Assembly: GCA_021201815.1 (NCBI GenBank)
Contig: JAJQEC010000090.1
Coordinates: 30,881-94,880, forward strand
DNA length: 64,000 nt
Source: Candidatus Azobacteroides sp.
Lineage (GTDB): Bacteria; Bacteroidota; Bacteroidia; Bacteroidales; WRGA01
Direction: 5' to 3'
Every line of letters begins with the position of its first letter. Position 1 is the stretch's first letter. Below the pieces are notes generated by a model. That model worked only from the letters and a program-made list of their open reading frames with translations. It was not told where the DNA came from and made no database searches. A program made the translations under genes and the position numbers. Below, piece after piece: positions 49,001 to 57,720 of this stretch.

Positions 49001-52000
49001 TGGAATACATGGCTCGAAATCAAAGGAAAAACCGTTGCCTACAACGGACAACCCCACAGCATTGACTCCGTATATGTAAAAGAGTATACCGACCGGCAAC
49101 TGGTTACTATCGGAGAAAAAGAATGGGTACAATACCATTACTTTAACGAAAACGGACAGAAACTTACACAACTACCTGTAAGTCCTGGCATCTATGACGT
49201 AATAGCCAGTTTTAGCGGACATAGCCACTACGAAGCTATGCAAAGCGACACGGTACAGTTAACGATCCAAAAAGCCAGTATACACCTCACTCTTAACAGC
49301 GAAACACAGACCTACACCGGAGAACCGCTTCACATCAGCCCGGCCATCATAACCGGAAACGTAGGAACGGTACCGGCCATCACCTACACGTATACAAAAG
49401 ATAATATCAGTACAGACCATGCCCTCGGAGCAGGCATTTACACCGTAACCGCCAGCTTCGCCGGAGATAACAACCACGAAGCGCTTACCAGCGATCCCGT
49501 GACATTCGAAGTGGAAAAAGCCCGACCGGTAATCCACATTACCCTATCCGGCAAAGAATATGATGGAACTCCGGTAGAAATCAACCAACCTACTCTCACC
49601 GGAAGTACTACCGTACATACACTGCTCCCGGATTTGACATATTCTTATATCAATTCCGAAAATACCTACGGACCTACTCCTGTGCCACCGACAGATGCAG
49701 GGGAGTATACCCTGACCATAAGCACATCGGGCGACGCCAACCACAAAGCAGCCCAAACAGAAGGTAGTTTTACCATAGGCAGCAACATACCCGCCATCAC
49801 CTTAGCCAGCAGGCAGGTAACTTACAACGGACAATCCGTAGAAGTAAATGATGCGACCATACAGCCCGCCGGAGCACAACACCTAACTATTAAATATAAA
49901 TATGCAGGTACCCTCAAAGATGGCACCGCATATCCCGAAACGGAAAATGCTCCTACCGATGCCGGGGATTACACCGTTACCGCATGGACAGAAGGAGACC
50001 ATAACTATGCGTCTATTTCCACCACGGCTGCACTTGAAATAAGGAAAAAACAAACCGGCATTATCATGCAGAGTAAAAGTGCACCTTACACAGGAAAACC
50101 GATTTCCATAGACGATCCGGTAACTGACCCGGCAGGCATTCCCCTGCTTATTACCTATCAGGGACAAGGGGCTACTACTTATAACGAGACAGCCGAGCCA
50201 CCTGTAGATAAAGGCAATTACCTGGTTATTGCTACTTGGGGAGGCGACAATAACTATACTGCTGCAACGGCAACAGCCAACCTGACCATTGCGGAGACGG
50301 GAGCCCTGCAGCTGAGCCTCAGCAACAAGACTGCCATCTACAATGGTCAGCCCATTGCCATAAACGATGCGGTAATAGAACCAGCCGAAGCACAATACCT
50401 GCCAGTCAAATACAAATACGCAGGTACCCTCAGGAATGGAACCGCTTACCCGGAAACAGAGAACGCACCCGTTGATGCGGGAATCTATACCGTTACCGCA
50501 TGGACAGAGGGAGATCAGACGTATGGTTCTGTTTCTACTACAGTTACGCTTGAAATTACACAAAAGCAGCCTGTGATTGTTATGCAGCATAAGAGTGCGC
50601 CTTATACCGGAAACACCATATCCATAGATAATCCGGTAACCGATCCGGCAGGTATTTCCCTGCGCATTACTTATAAAGGGCAGGGTACCACTACCTATCG
50701 TGAAACGGCTAATCCGCCTGTTGAAAAGGGAACTTATCTGGTCACAGCTACCTGGGAAGGCGACAATAACCATACTGCCGCCACGGCCACGGCCAACCTG
50801 ACAATTACTGATCAGGATGCCCTCCGGATAACTCTTAGCAGTAAAACAGCCACCTACAACGGACAGCCTGTTGTCATAGACAATGCCGTGATAGAACCTG
50901 CCGAAGCACAGTACCTGCCTGTTCGGTATAAATATACAGGAACACTGTATGACGGAACCCTTTATCCCGAAACGGAAAATGCACCTGTCGATGCCGGCAC
51001 ATACACCGTTACTGCCCGGACAGACGGAGACAATACCTATGGGCCTGTCTCTACTACGGCTACACTTGAAATCAAACAGAAGGAACCTGGTATCACTTTA
51101 CAGAATAAAAGTACGCCTTATACCGGAAATGCTATATCTATAGACGATCCGGTAACCGATCCGGCAGGTATTGTCCTTTCTGTTTCCTATAAAGGACAAG
51201 GGACTACTACTTATTACGAAACAGCAGCTCCTCCGGTAGAACCAGGAACCTATCTGGTAACTGCTTCGTATGAAGGCGATAATAACCATACAGGGAAAAC
51301 GGTTACTGCCAACCTGACAATTACCCGGGAAGGTTCCCTACGGTTAAGCCTCAATAACCGGACAGTTACCTATACCGGACAGCCTGTTGTAGTAGACGAT
51401 GCCGTAATAGAACCTGCAGAAGCACAATCCCTGACAATCCGATACAACTATGCGGGAACACTATATGATGGAACCATATATCCCGAAACAGAAACCGCAC
51501 CTGTTGACGCAGGCAATTATACTGTCACTGCATGGACAGACGGTGACCAGACATATGGAGCTGTTTCTACCACGGCCACACTTGAAATTACAAAAAAACA
51601 ATCCATCATTATAATGGTAAATAAGAGTGTGACCTATACCGGAAGTCCTGTTCCTATTGATGATCCGGTAACAGATCCGGCAGGTATTACCCTCTCTGTC
51701 ACCTACAAAGGACAAGGGGCTACTACTTATTACGAAACAGCAACCCCTCCGGTAGAACCGGGGACCTATCTGGCGACTGCTATGTATGAAGGCAATAATA
51801 ACTATACATCTGCAACAACAACGGCCAACCTGACGATTACCAATGATGGTCCGGTAACACCTGTGCTAACCCTTACGGATAAAATAGTATCTTACAATGG
51901 TACTGCGCAGTCCGTAACAGCTACCATTTCTCCTTCCGGAGCACAGTACCTGGAAATCAATTACAAATATGCAGGAGCCCTGCATGACGGAACCCTTTAT

Positions 52001-53629
52001 CCGGAAACGGAAAATCCGCCTGTCGATGCAGGAGAATATACTGTTACCGCATGGACGGACGGAGATCAGATATATAATCCGGCTTCTACTACCGCCACCC
52101 TCCGGATCACGCAAAAACAACCCGTGATTACCCTGGTAAATAAAACCGTTCCTTATATCGGAGAAGCCATTTCAATAGACGATCCGGTAACCGATCCGGC
52201 AGATATTCCGCTTACGATCACTTACAAAGGACAAGGAGAAACTATTTATCAGGAAACAGCCGAACCGCCGGTGGAAACAGGAACTTATCTGGTAACAGCT
52301 ACCTGGGAAGGGGATAACAATCATACAGCCGGAACAGCTACGGGCAATCTGACCATTATTGCGAATGCCGTATCCCCACAGTTAACCCTTAGTAATAAAA
52401 CGGTTACATATAATGGTGCCGCGCAATCCATCGGAGAAGTAATTATTTCCCCGGAAGAAGCGCAATACCTTGAAGTGCGTTACCAGTACAGCAATGCAGG
52501 ATACGGACCATCCGAAACGCCACCTACGGATGCTGGGGTATATACCGTTACCGCAAGTACACTGGCAGATGAAAAATTCACTGCTGCTTCTGTAACAGCT
52601 ACCCTGACTATTGAAAAAGCAGATCAGGTAATGACCTTCCCGGCCATCCCGGATAAACAAACCGGAGATGAACCATTTAAGGTAGGAGTAACAGTAGATA
52701 CGGGACTTCCTGTAACCTATGAAAGCGGCAATCCGTATGTTGCCAGCATCACGAACGATGGTACCATTACCATACACCGTACGGGTACCGTGACTATTAC
52801 TGCAAAGCAGGCCGGAAATAATAATTACAATGAAGTATTCCGGACCCAGGTATTAACTATTACCAGCAATGATACACGGATCCTGTCCCTGACAGTAAAC
52901 GGCGAAGCCATCACCATCGGCGAAAATATGTATTACGACCTCGGATGCAGCGACCTGTCTGACATTCCGGTAGTAATTACCACCGAAGAAGATGCTACGG
53001 TCGATACCGGAAAATCATTTACCGTAACCGTTGACAAGCCAATGTTGAAAACCGTTCAGTTTACCGTTACCTCACAGGATGGCAAAGCAAACAAAACGTA
53101 TACCTTAATGATAGAGAAGCGTTTTGATTTCGATGCCATCGTGAAAATCCGCTGGAACAATACCCTCACGGTAATCAACAATTCCAACTTCAACGGAGGA
53201 TATACCTTTACCAGCTTCAAATGGTACCGCAACGGCGAAGAACTCACGGACCACCAATCCTGGTCGGCCGGCAACAACGGCGAAGAACTCGATCCGTCTG
53301 ACATATTCTATGTGGAAGTAACCGCAAATGAATTCGAAGGTACCTTACGCACCTGTGAAGGATCGCCCATACTCAGCAGCAACCGCGTGACCGTTTATCC
53401 GAACCCGGTAGAAGCAGGGAGCGAAATTGTCGTAGATGCCGACATCGACGAAACGTTCCTCGAAGGAGCTACCATCGACATATACTCCATGAGCGGCAAC
53501 CGCATCAAAAATGTACCGGTCACCGGACAAAAAACCACATTCCGTTTTGATGCTGCTTCCGGAACTTACATGTTTAAATTAAACGGCGCCAATGACTTCA
53601 CACACGAGACTAAAATCATCGTTAAGTAA
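46094..53629 (+). CDS. C-terminal 2511-codon part of the same adhesin: beta-helix modules, ~20 MBG-like Ig repeats, cadherin-like/Big domains, T9SS type-A C-terminal sorting domain
   Basis: In frame with 41090..46081; only the TAG at 46079-46081 plus 4 codons separate them. Repeats of the form .TYNGQ......I.PA.....I.Y.Y.G....G..Y.....P.DAG.YTVTA...GD.NY. C-terminus VYPNPVEAGSEIVV...GTYMFKLNG...KIIVK is a T9SS CTD. Confidence 0.85.
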   Translation: MLPAGVEIYGGFDGTESTPDARDIETNKTILNGAFINAQSQPDSVYHVVTAIGDMAGTILDGVTITGGKATGSSSVMVDGDSNKRIYRNYGGGIYLHQVTNLILSGIQIKENKALTYGGGIYMSDSDPTITNVEITNNLLTYSTSYGGGMYLQNSSPAIEHTKINNNTALYGGGGMHLNTNSDPIMEYVEIDANSARMGGGMYINSSSPVMSFVSITNNIYGTTGSSHGGGIYNNNSTLEMTNMLISGNYYSNQAATSNMYGGGIYNNGNTSSITINKSIIKDNEARAGGGIYNNNATSLITNTAIRNNTAKTASGGGGIYNNGTTAHTSLTNVLLAENKTTATMTGGGAIYNYQGTAEIVNTTISGHHTSWYVIYNTSTMEIKNSILWGNTAMALINNGATGRIDFYNSLIEGVYDSDGTWKTTFGTDKGNNIASDAMFTDATTGDYTLTIYSPAIGKGNNSYIMGYPTDLAGNDRIYGGNVDMGAYELHSQPAGPDSNGILYISETGDGEKRGNNWEDAFPGLANALEFAEANPDVKQLWLKAGTYVPEKLTDPNNQTASDKSFYLIRDIEIYGGFAGTETSPAAREPGNNPTILNGVIGNSGVATDSVYHVVTAAGDMGSALLDGVTITGGRAYGNSSNRNGYGGGVYLNQASGLMISNTIITGNYARNYGGGIYNHMSSATLENVTISHNKAQNFGGGMAVFAGTSVITNSNFNNNTSYSSGGALYLQNTSSGAITGTRFTENTATSSTAMGGAIYLAESSPLINRVLIKDNTATYRGGGIYTGTGSNPAIVNTIITGNTSNEGGAMGITSEPTLTNVTMTNNTALDRGGAMYNTTGSNPRTRNSIIWNNKSRRDGAIYNLVAGSGTGQATFEYTLLQDAFDASGNWKTANGINAGNNIDANPRFTDPEAEDFHLVQLSPARNKGNNSYYAAGSTPDIQSCIYDYEDNDRFHNNGVVDLGAYEAQWNTWLEIKGKTVAYNGQPHSIDSVYVKEYTDRQLVTIGEKEWVQYHYFNENGQKLTQLPVSPGIYDVIASFSGHSHYEAMQSDTVQLTIQKASIHLTLNSETQTYTGEPLHISPAIITGNVGTVPAITYTYTKDNISTDHALGAGIYTVTASFAGDNNHEALTSDPVTFEVEKARPVIHITLSGKEYDGTPVEINQPTLTGSTTVHTLLPDLTYSYINSENTYGPTPVPPTDAGEYTLTISTSGDANHKAAQTEGSFTIGSNIPAITLASRQVTYNGQSVEVNDATIQPAGAQHLTIKYKYAGTLKDGTAYPETENAPTDAGDYTVTAWTEGDHNYASISTTAALEIRKKQTGIIMQSKSAPYTGKPISIDDPVTDPAGIPLLITYQGQGATTYNETAEPPVDKGNYLVIATWGGDNNYTAATATANLTIAETGALQLSLSNKTAIYNGQPIAINDAVIEPAEAQYLPVKYKYAGTLRNGTAYPETENAPVDAGIYTVTAWTEGDQTYGSVSTTVTLEITQKQPVIVMQHKSAPYTGNTISIDNPVTDPAGISLRITYKGQGTTTYRETANPPVEKGTYLVTATWEGDNNHTAATATANLTITDQDALRITLSSKTATYNGQPVVIDNAVIEPAEAQYLPVRYKYTGTLYDGTLYPETENAPVDAGTYTVTARTDGDNTYGPVSTTATLEIKQKEPGITLQNKSTPYTGNAISIDDPVTDPAGIVLSVSYKGQGTTTYYETAAPPVEPGTYLVTASYEGDNNHTGKTVTANLTITREGSLRLSLNNRTVTYTGQPVVVDDAVIEPAEAQSLTIRYNYAGTLYDGTIYPETETAPVDAGNYTVTAWTDGDQTYGAVSTTATLEITKKQSIIIMVNKSVTYTGSPVPIDDPVTDPAGITLSVTYKGQGATTYYETATPPVEPGTYLATAMYEGNNNYTSATTTANLTITNDGPVTPVLTLTDKIVSYNGTAQSVTATISPSGAQYLEINYKYAGALHDGTLYPETENPPVDAGEYTVTAWTDGDQIYNPASTTATLRITQKQPVITLVNKTVPYIGEAISIDDPVTDPADIPLTITYKGQGETIYQETAEPPVETGTYLVTATWEGDNNHTAGTATGNLTIIANAVSPQLTLSNKTVTYNGAAQSIGEVIISPEEAQYLEVRYQYSNAGYGPSETPPTDAGVYTVTASTLADEKFTAASVTATLTIEKADQVMTFPAIPDKQTGDEPFKVGVTVDTGLPVTYESGNPYVASITNDGTITIHRTGTVTITAKQAGNNNYNEVFRTQVLTITSNDTRILSLTVNGEAITIGENMYYDLGCSDLSDIPVVITTEEDATVDTGKSFTVTVDKPMLKTVQFTVTSQDGKANKTYTLMIEKRFDFDAIVKIRWNNTLTVINNSNFNGGYTFTSFKWYRNGEELTDHQSWSAGNNGEELDPSDIFYVEVTANEFEGTLRTCEGSPILSSNRVTVYPNPVEAGSEIVVDADIDETFLEGATIDIYSMSGNRIKNVPVTGQKTTFRFDAASGTYMFKLNGANDFTHETKIIVK
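49795..52385 (+). repeat. Five tandem ~520-bp DNA repeats (each encoding two MBG-like domains) inside the adhesin gene
   Basis: Unit starts recur near 49795, 50315, 50835, 51350 and 51870 (a partial sixth near 52385). Long near-identical stretches include GATCCGGTAACCGATCCGGCAGGTATT. Confidence 0.75.
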
Positions 53630-53648
53630 ACCCTGAAATACAAAAATA

Positions 53649-55130
53649 ATGAACACAAAACAGCATAATTCCTTAATAAAAAGCCTTACCGGGTCGCATA
53701 GCGGCCCCGACTTCTTCCGCACAGGTACCGACTTGTGCAGAAAAACAGTAATAATGGTTGCCGCTACTATGATTGCCGCTACTACTACTGGTCAAACCCG
53801 GCAAAATCAGGAACTTACTTTCTCCGGGGGCGCTGGCCTCTCTACGTTGACTTATACTCCTGTGTTAGGAGCTCAGAAAAATAAATTCGGAGGAAACATC
53901 AGCATCGGTTACAACTACTTATTCTCTGAACAGATGGGAATAGGTACCGGTCTTGAATTATCTTTCTTCAACGCTGAAATGACCTGTAACCAGTATAATG
54001 ACAATTATACGGCAACTGATATAGACGGCGATACCTTCGACTTCCGCAGTACCGTTACCGATTACAAAGAAAAACAAAATGCTACGTACCTTAATATCCC
54101 ATTGATGTACCATTACCGGACCACCGGTAAAAATATCTTCTATGCCAATGCCGGAGCGAAAATAGGGATTCCTCTTTCCGGCAAGTATAAGACATCCGGT
54201 GCCACGATCCGGAATTCCGGATACTACAGCGAAGACAATTACGAATACACCGATCAGGAATTTATGGGATTTGGTACCTTTACCAATAGAGACACAGATA
54301 AAGGCCTGAACTATAAAGTTGTCTTTTTCCTTTCTGCCGAAGCCGGGCTCAAATGGCCCCTTACCGACGAACTATCTCTTTATACCGGTGCCTATATAGA
54401 TTACGGACTTAACGACATCCGGAAGGATGTGGCTTCCGAACGTCTCGTTGCCTATAATACCGCGTCTCCCCGGGACTTTACTACCAATAGCGTCTTCACT
54501 TCCCGTAACAAAAACAATGAGGCTCTTACCGGCAACGTCAAACCTCTGGCTGCAGGGATTAAAATAACCCTTGCGTATACTCTTGGAGGAAAGAAAAAGA
54601 AACCTCAATCCATGGCAAAAGCTGCCCTTTCCCCTGTACCAGATGAACATACGGAACAAACACGTAAAGAGGCCGAAGAAGAAGCCACCCGGCGTGAAGC
54701 CGAAATTAAAAGGCTTTCGGAACAACTTGCAGAACAGCAGGAAAAAGAAAGACAGCAACAACAACTGGCAGCCGGAATAGAAGATGCTCTTACCATTCTC
54801 CGGCAACCTGTTTCCGGATATGAGACCAATCAGGTTACTCCAATGCCGGAACAGCAGCAGGAACTGGATAAGAAAATTATCCTCCTGCAACAATATCCGG
54901 AATGGACCATTATTTGTGAAGGCCATACCTGTGACCTCGGAGGAAAAAATACAAATGAAAATATTGCCCTAAAACGTGCAGAAGCAGTCCGGGATTATAT
55001 GGTTGAACATGCTATCAGTAAAGACCGTATCACCGTCATTTCCAAAGGAGAATCCGAACCACTGGTGCCTAATACAGACGAAGGAAACAGAAGAGAAAAC
55101 AGAAGAGTTGTCATCATTGTTGTGAAATAA
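53649..55130 (+). CDS. OmpA-family outer membrane protein (N-terminal beta-barrel, coiled-coil linker, C-terminal OmpA-like domain)
   Basis: 493 aa. Alternating beta-strand pattern, Glu/Gln-rich linker (EEEATRREAEIKRLSEQLAEQQEKERQQQQ), C-terminal CEGHTCDLGG...NIALKRAEAVRDYM...NRRENRRVVIIV. Confidence 0.85.
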   Translation: MNTKQHNSLIKSLTGSHSGPDFFRTGTDLCRKTVIMVAATMIAATTTGQTRQNQELTFSGGAGLSTLTYTPVLGAQKNKFGGNISIGYNYLFSEQMGIGTGLELSFFNAEMTCNQYNDNYTATDIDGDTFDFRSTVTDYKEKQNATYLNIPLMYHYRTTGKNIFYANAGAKIGIPLSGKYKTSGATIRNSGYYSEDNYEYTDQEFMGFGTFTNRDTDKGLNYKVVFFLSAEAGLKWPLTDELSLYTGAYIDYGLNDIRKDVASERLVAYNTASPRDFTTNSVFTSRNKNNEALTGNVKPLAAGIKITLAYTLGGKKKKPQSMAKAALSPVPDEHTEQTRKEAEEEATRREAEIKRLSEQLAEQQEKERQQQQLAAGIEDALTILRQPVSGYETNQVTPMPEQQQELDKKIILLQQYPEWTIICEGHTCDLGGKNTNENIALKRAEAVRDYMVEHAISKDRITVISKGESEPLVPNTDEGNRRENRRVVIIVVK

Positions 55131-55667
55131 TTATTCCCTTCCGGCGGGCCATTAAGCAGTCGGATTTATATTCTATATTATTAAAGAAACAAATAACAGA
55201 ACGTGTGAAGATATACTATTTAATCATCTCTATAGTTCCATTTTAAAGACATACCAATATGTTAATATCCAGTACAGGTAAGATGGGACGGTAAAGATTT
55301 GTATGTTTGTTTAATAAAAATCTTAACGAGCCCCGCTGATTGGTTCTCTGATAAATTGATTATTTGTATATCCGGACAGGAAGAGAACCTTCGGCTTTAT
55401 CCACAATATGGAAAAAAGTTAATAAATTCCGTGCCTAATTCTTCATTAGAATGTAATTCCAGGTAAAAAAGTAACCCCTACTTTATTAAAATCACTGTTT
55501 TATATAAAAACGATTGTTTTTGAAACACAGTGATTGTCAATTTACTTCAAACTAAAATTGTCCGTGGCATACTTACCGGATAAAATGCTAGCATTTATTA
55601 AAATCAAATAACAAAAACCAGCAGCATTCATTTTAGGATAATTGAAAACCGATTAAGATCTGAAATT

Positions 55668-55988
55668 ATGGACGAAAGAGTAAGACAACTTTTGAACTAT
55701 TTTGTAAAAAGTAATTACAATGTCATAATTATGTACAACCCGCAATGTCGGGAATATACTCAACGCATTATTATCTACCGTTCGTATGTTATTCCTAATC
55801 ACAAGGTTTTTAGTTATACGGTAAATGGTAAGGACATTACCCGATTGATTGAAAATTTGAGATTGAATCCTTATATTACACTATCCCAGTTAGATTTTAG
55901 CATTCCTAATCAGGTAAGTTCTATTCCTGATCATATATATGAATTTTCAAAGGAATATGCCTTTGAGTCAATCAGAAATACAGACTAG
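55668..55988 (+). CDS. Hypothetical protein
   Basis: 106-aa ORF in an AT-rich region. No recognisable motif. Confidence 0.3.
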   Translation: MDERVRQLLNYFVKSNYNVIIMYNPQCREYTQRIIIYRSYVIPNHKVFSYTVNGKDITRLIENLRLNPYITLSQLDFSIPNQVSSIPDHIYEFSKEYAFESIRNTD

Positions 55989-56381
55989 AGATACTATCAC
56001 TCTGTCCGACATAGTATTACCAGATCTATTTTATCACACAACTATTTTAGTCTAGGATAGAACCCCAGTCAGAAATATGATTGAAAAAGAAAATAAAATT
56101 AACCAAAAAAGAAATTTTTCATATCATTTTACAGCATGCCAATCTTATTGTAATAAGAAGGTAGAATACAAAGTATGGTTCCTGAGGTTTTGTTTTCTCC
56201 ATTTTCTATTATATCCTTTCTACTAACTATATCCATCCTGAAGAAGGGTAGCCTATATCTTATCAGTCCTATCCTCCTATCTTTTTATAAATGTATTGTC
56301 GCACCGACTATATTCCGGTCAAACAAATAAGTTATTTATAATTTTTTTCTTTCAATAGTAATGCGTATTAAAAAAATTATC

Positions 56382-56389
56382 TATCTTTG
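56382..56389 (+). promoter_or_regulatory. Bacteroidota -7 box TAnnTTTG for tRNA-Asn
   Basis: TATCTTTG sits 25 nt upstream of the tRNA 5' end. Confidence 0.45.
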
Positions 56390-56413
56390 TCGCGTCAAAA
56401 TTTTTGACCATCT

Positions 56414-56487
56414 TCTTCCTTAGCTCAGTTGGTTAGAGCATCTGACTGTTAATCAGAGGGTCCTTGGTTCAAGTCCAAGAGGAAGAG
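56414..56487 (+). tRNA. tRNA-Asn: tRNA-Asn (anticodon GTT)
   Basis: Cloverleaf folded by hand. Acceptor TCTTCCT/AGGAAGA, D-arm AGCTCAGTTGGTTAGAGC, anticodon stem TCTGA/TCAGA with loop CTGTTAA, T-arm CTTGG-TTCAAGT-CCAAG, discriminator G. No encoded CCA. Confidence 0.95.
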
Positions 56488-56497
56488 CTCCGAAGTC

Positions 56498-56535
56498 AAG
56501 CAGTTACAAAGTAAAATTTGTAGCTGCTTTTTTTA
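56498..56535 (+). terminator. Rho-independent terminator after tRNA-Asn
   Basis: AAGCAGTTACAAA-GTAAAA-TTTGTAGCTGCTT (one G-U pair) followed by TTTTTT. Confidence 0.7.
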
Positions 56536-56587
56536 TTTGCATACAATTTGCATACAAAATCGTCTGTTCGTGTTTTACTTGCATACA
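56535..56587 (+). repeat. Three direct copies of TTGCATACA
   Basis: ATTTGCATACA, ATTTGCATACA and ACTTGCATACA lie within 53 bp, immediately after the tRNA terminator. Confidence 0.6.
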
Positions 56588-56694
56588 TTGAAATTAAAAA
56601 CAACATCTTGAAATTGTATATTTATCTATTTGTCTGTATTTTTATGCACTGGCGAGCGTATTCTTTTTATAATCATATTTTATAGCTCTCCGGA

Positions 56695-56910
56695 ATGCTC
56701 ATTATTCCTTTTTTATTTTCTGTAAAAAGTGGTTATACCTATTTAGCTTCTACAATAGAAAGAAATAACAAAGGAAAAATAGTATGTGGAAACGAACCCG
56801 TTTATGAAGAAGTATCTGTCATTGCAGAATCTCCGGATGAATTCAAAGAAGAATTTCTCAAGGCCTTGAAAGGAACGGGTAGTCCTGACAAATTCAGGCT
56901 GATTATTTAA
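56695..56910 (+). CDS. Hypothetical small protein
   Basis: 71-aa ORF with no motif. Coding status uncertain. Confidence 0.3.
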   Translation: MLIIPFLFSVKSGYTYLASTIERNNKGKIVCGNEPVYEEVSVIAESPDEFKEEFLKALKGTGSPDKFRLII

Positions 56911-57093
56911 GCCGGTAATAAACAAATAAATAATTAGTATAGACAGATTTACAGAGTAGCTTAAAAGTAATTCTGAATATATAGGATCAATATTTGTTAT
57001 AGTAGGAATTGTGTAATTAGTGGCAGTTCTCCGGGATGCAACTGCCTCTTTTATATTGTAAAATAGTATTAAAACCTATAAAAGCAGAAAAGA

Positions 57094-57300
57094 ATGGTGT
57101 TTAAATGGGTGGATGGTTTCAGCATTTCCTTATCTGAAGAAAAAGGAACAGTTATTATTAGCGCCAATATAGAAGGATTGTTCTCATTAGCTAATCACTT
57201 TCAGGAATTAGCTCATAGTGAATCTACAGATCATTTTCATCTGGACCAATATAATTCATTAGAAGATAACTCCCTTGAATTAATCGTTGAAAAAAGATAG
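57094..57300 (+). CDS. Small hypothetical protein, immunity-protein-like
   Basis: 68 aa. VIISANIEGLFSLANHFQELA....DHFHLD......SLELIVEK resembles a small polymorphic-toxin immunity family (possibly Imm32; family number uncertain). Stop is TAG followed directly by TAA. Confidence 0.4.
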   Translation: MVFKWVDGFSISLSEEKGTVIISANIEGLFSLANHFQELAHSESTDHFHLDQYNSLEDNSLELIVEKR

Positions 57301-57324
57301 TAAGTGCTTTAATTTAATTGAGGT

Positions 57325-57681
57325 ATGGATATTTTAAAGATTAACAGAAAAGACCTGTCTCATGATGAGGATCTTTACTATTATTATAATGAAACGCTAT
57401 TTACAGGTGTAGCATATTGGTATTATCCCGATGGAACATTAGCGTCGGAGGAATACTTCAAAAACGGTATTCCGGACGGGAAAAATACGGTATGGTATAA
57501 GAATGGGCAAAAAAAGGTTGAAAAGGAATATAAAGCAGGATGTATTCACGGCTTTGTAAGGAAATGGTATGAGAGCGGCCAAATACAGGAAGAGGATGAA
57601 ATTTATAATGGTAAAAGCGTAGCCCTGAAGCAATGGGATGAAAAGGGCTTGCTCTTAACAGATAAAAATACAAATGAATGA
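57325..57681 (+). CDS. MORN-variant repeat protein (YwqK-type antitoxin/immunity family)
   Basis: Repeated G-x-x-x-x-Y-x-(N/D)-G units: YYPDGTLASEEYFKNGIPDGKNTVWYKNGQKKVEKEYKAGCIHGFVRKWYESGQ. Confidence 0.7.
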   Translation: MDILKINRKDLSHDEDLYYYYNETLFTGVAYWYYPDGTLASEEYFKNGIPDGKNTVWYKNGQKKVEKEYKAGCIHGFVRKWYESGQIQEEDEIYNGKSVALKQWDEKGLLLTDKNTNE

Positions 57682-57720
57682 TCATATGCAGATTAGGAAA
57701 TAAAAAACAACAAAACAAAT

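Noticed and set aside
41632-53530. There are many 60-300-aa ORFs antisense to or overlapping the giant adhesin, for example 44929..45588, 48581..49171 and 49883..50773.
   Set aside because: These are shadow ORFs created by the GC-richer, repeat-rich coding strand. None has a motif or start context, and all are fully embedded in a clearly coding frame.
55131-56413. I considered whether this region holds an integrase or prophage remnant upstream of tRNA-Asn.
   Set aside because: It contains only a 106-aa motif-less ORF and AT-rich DNA. There are no recombinase motifs in any frame that I could read.
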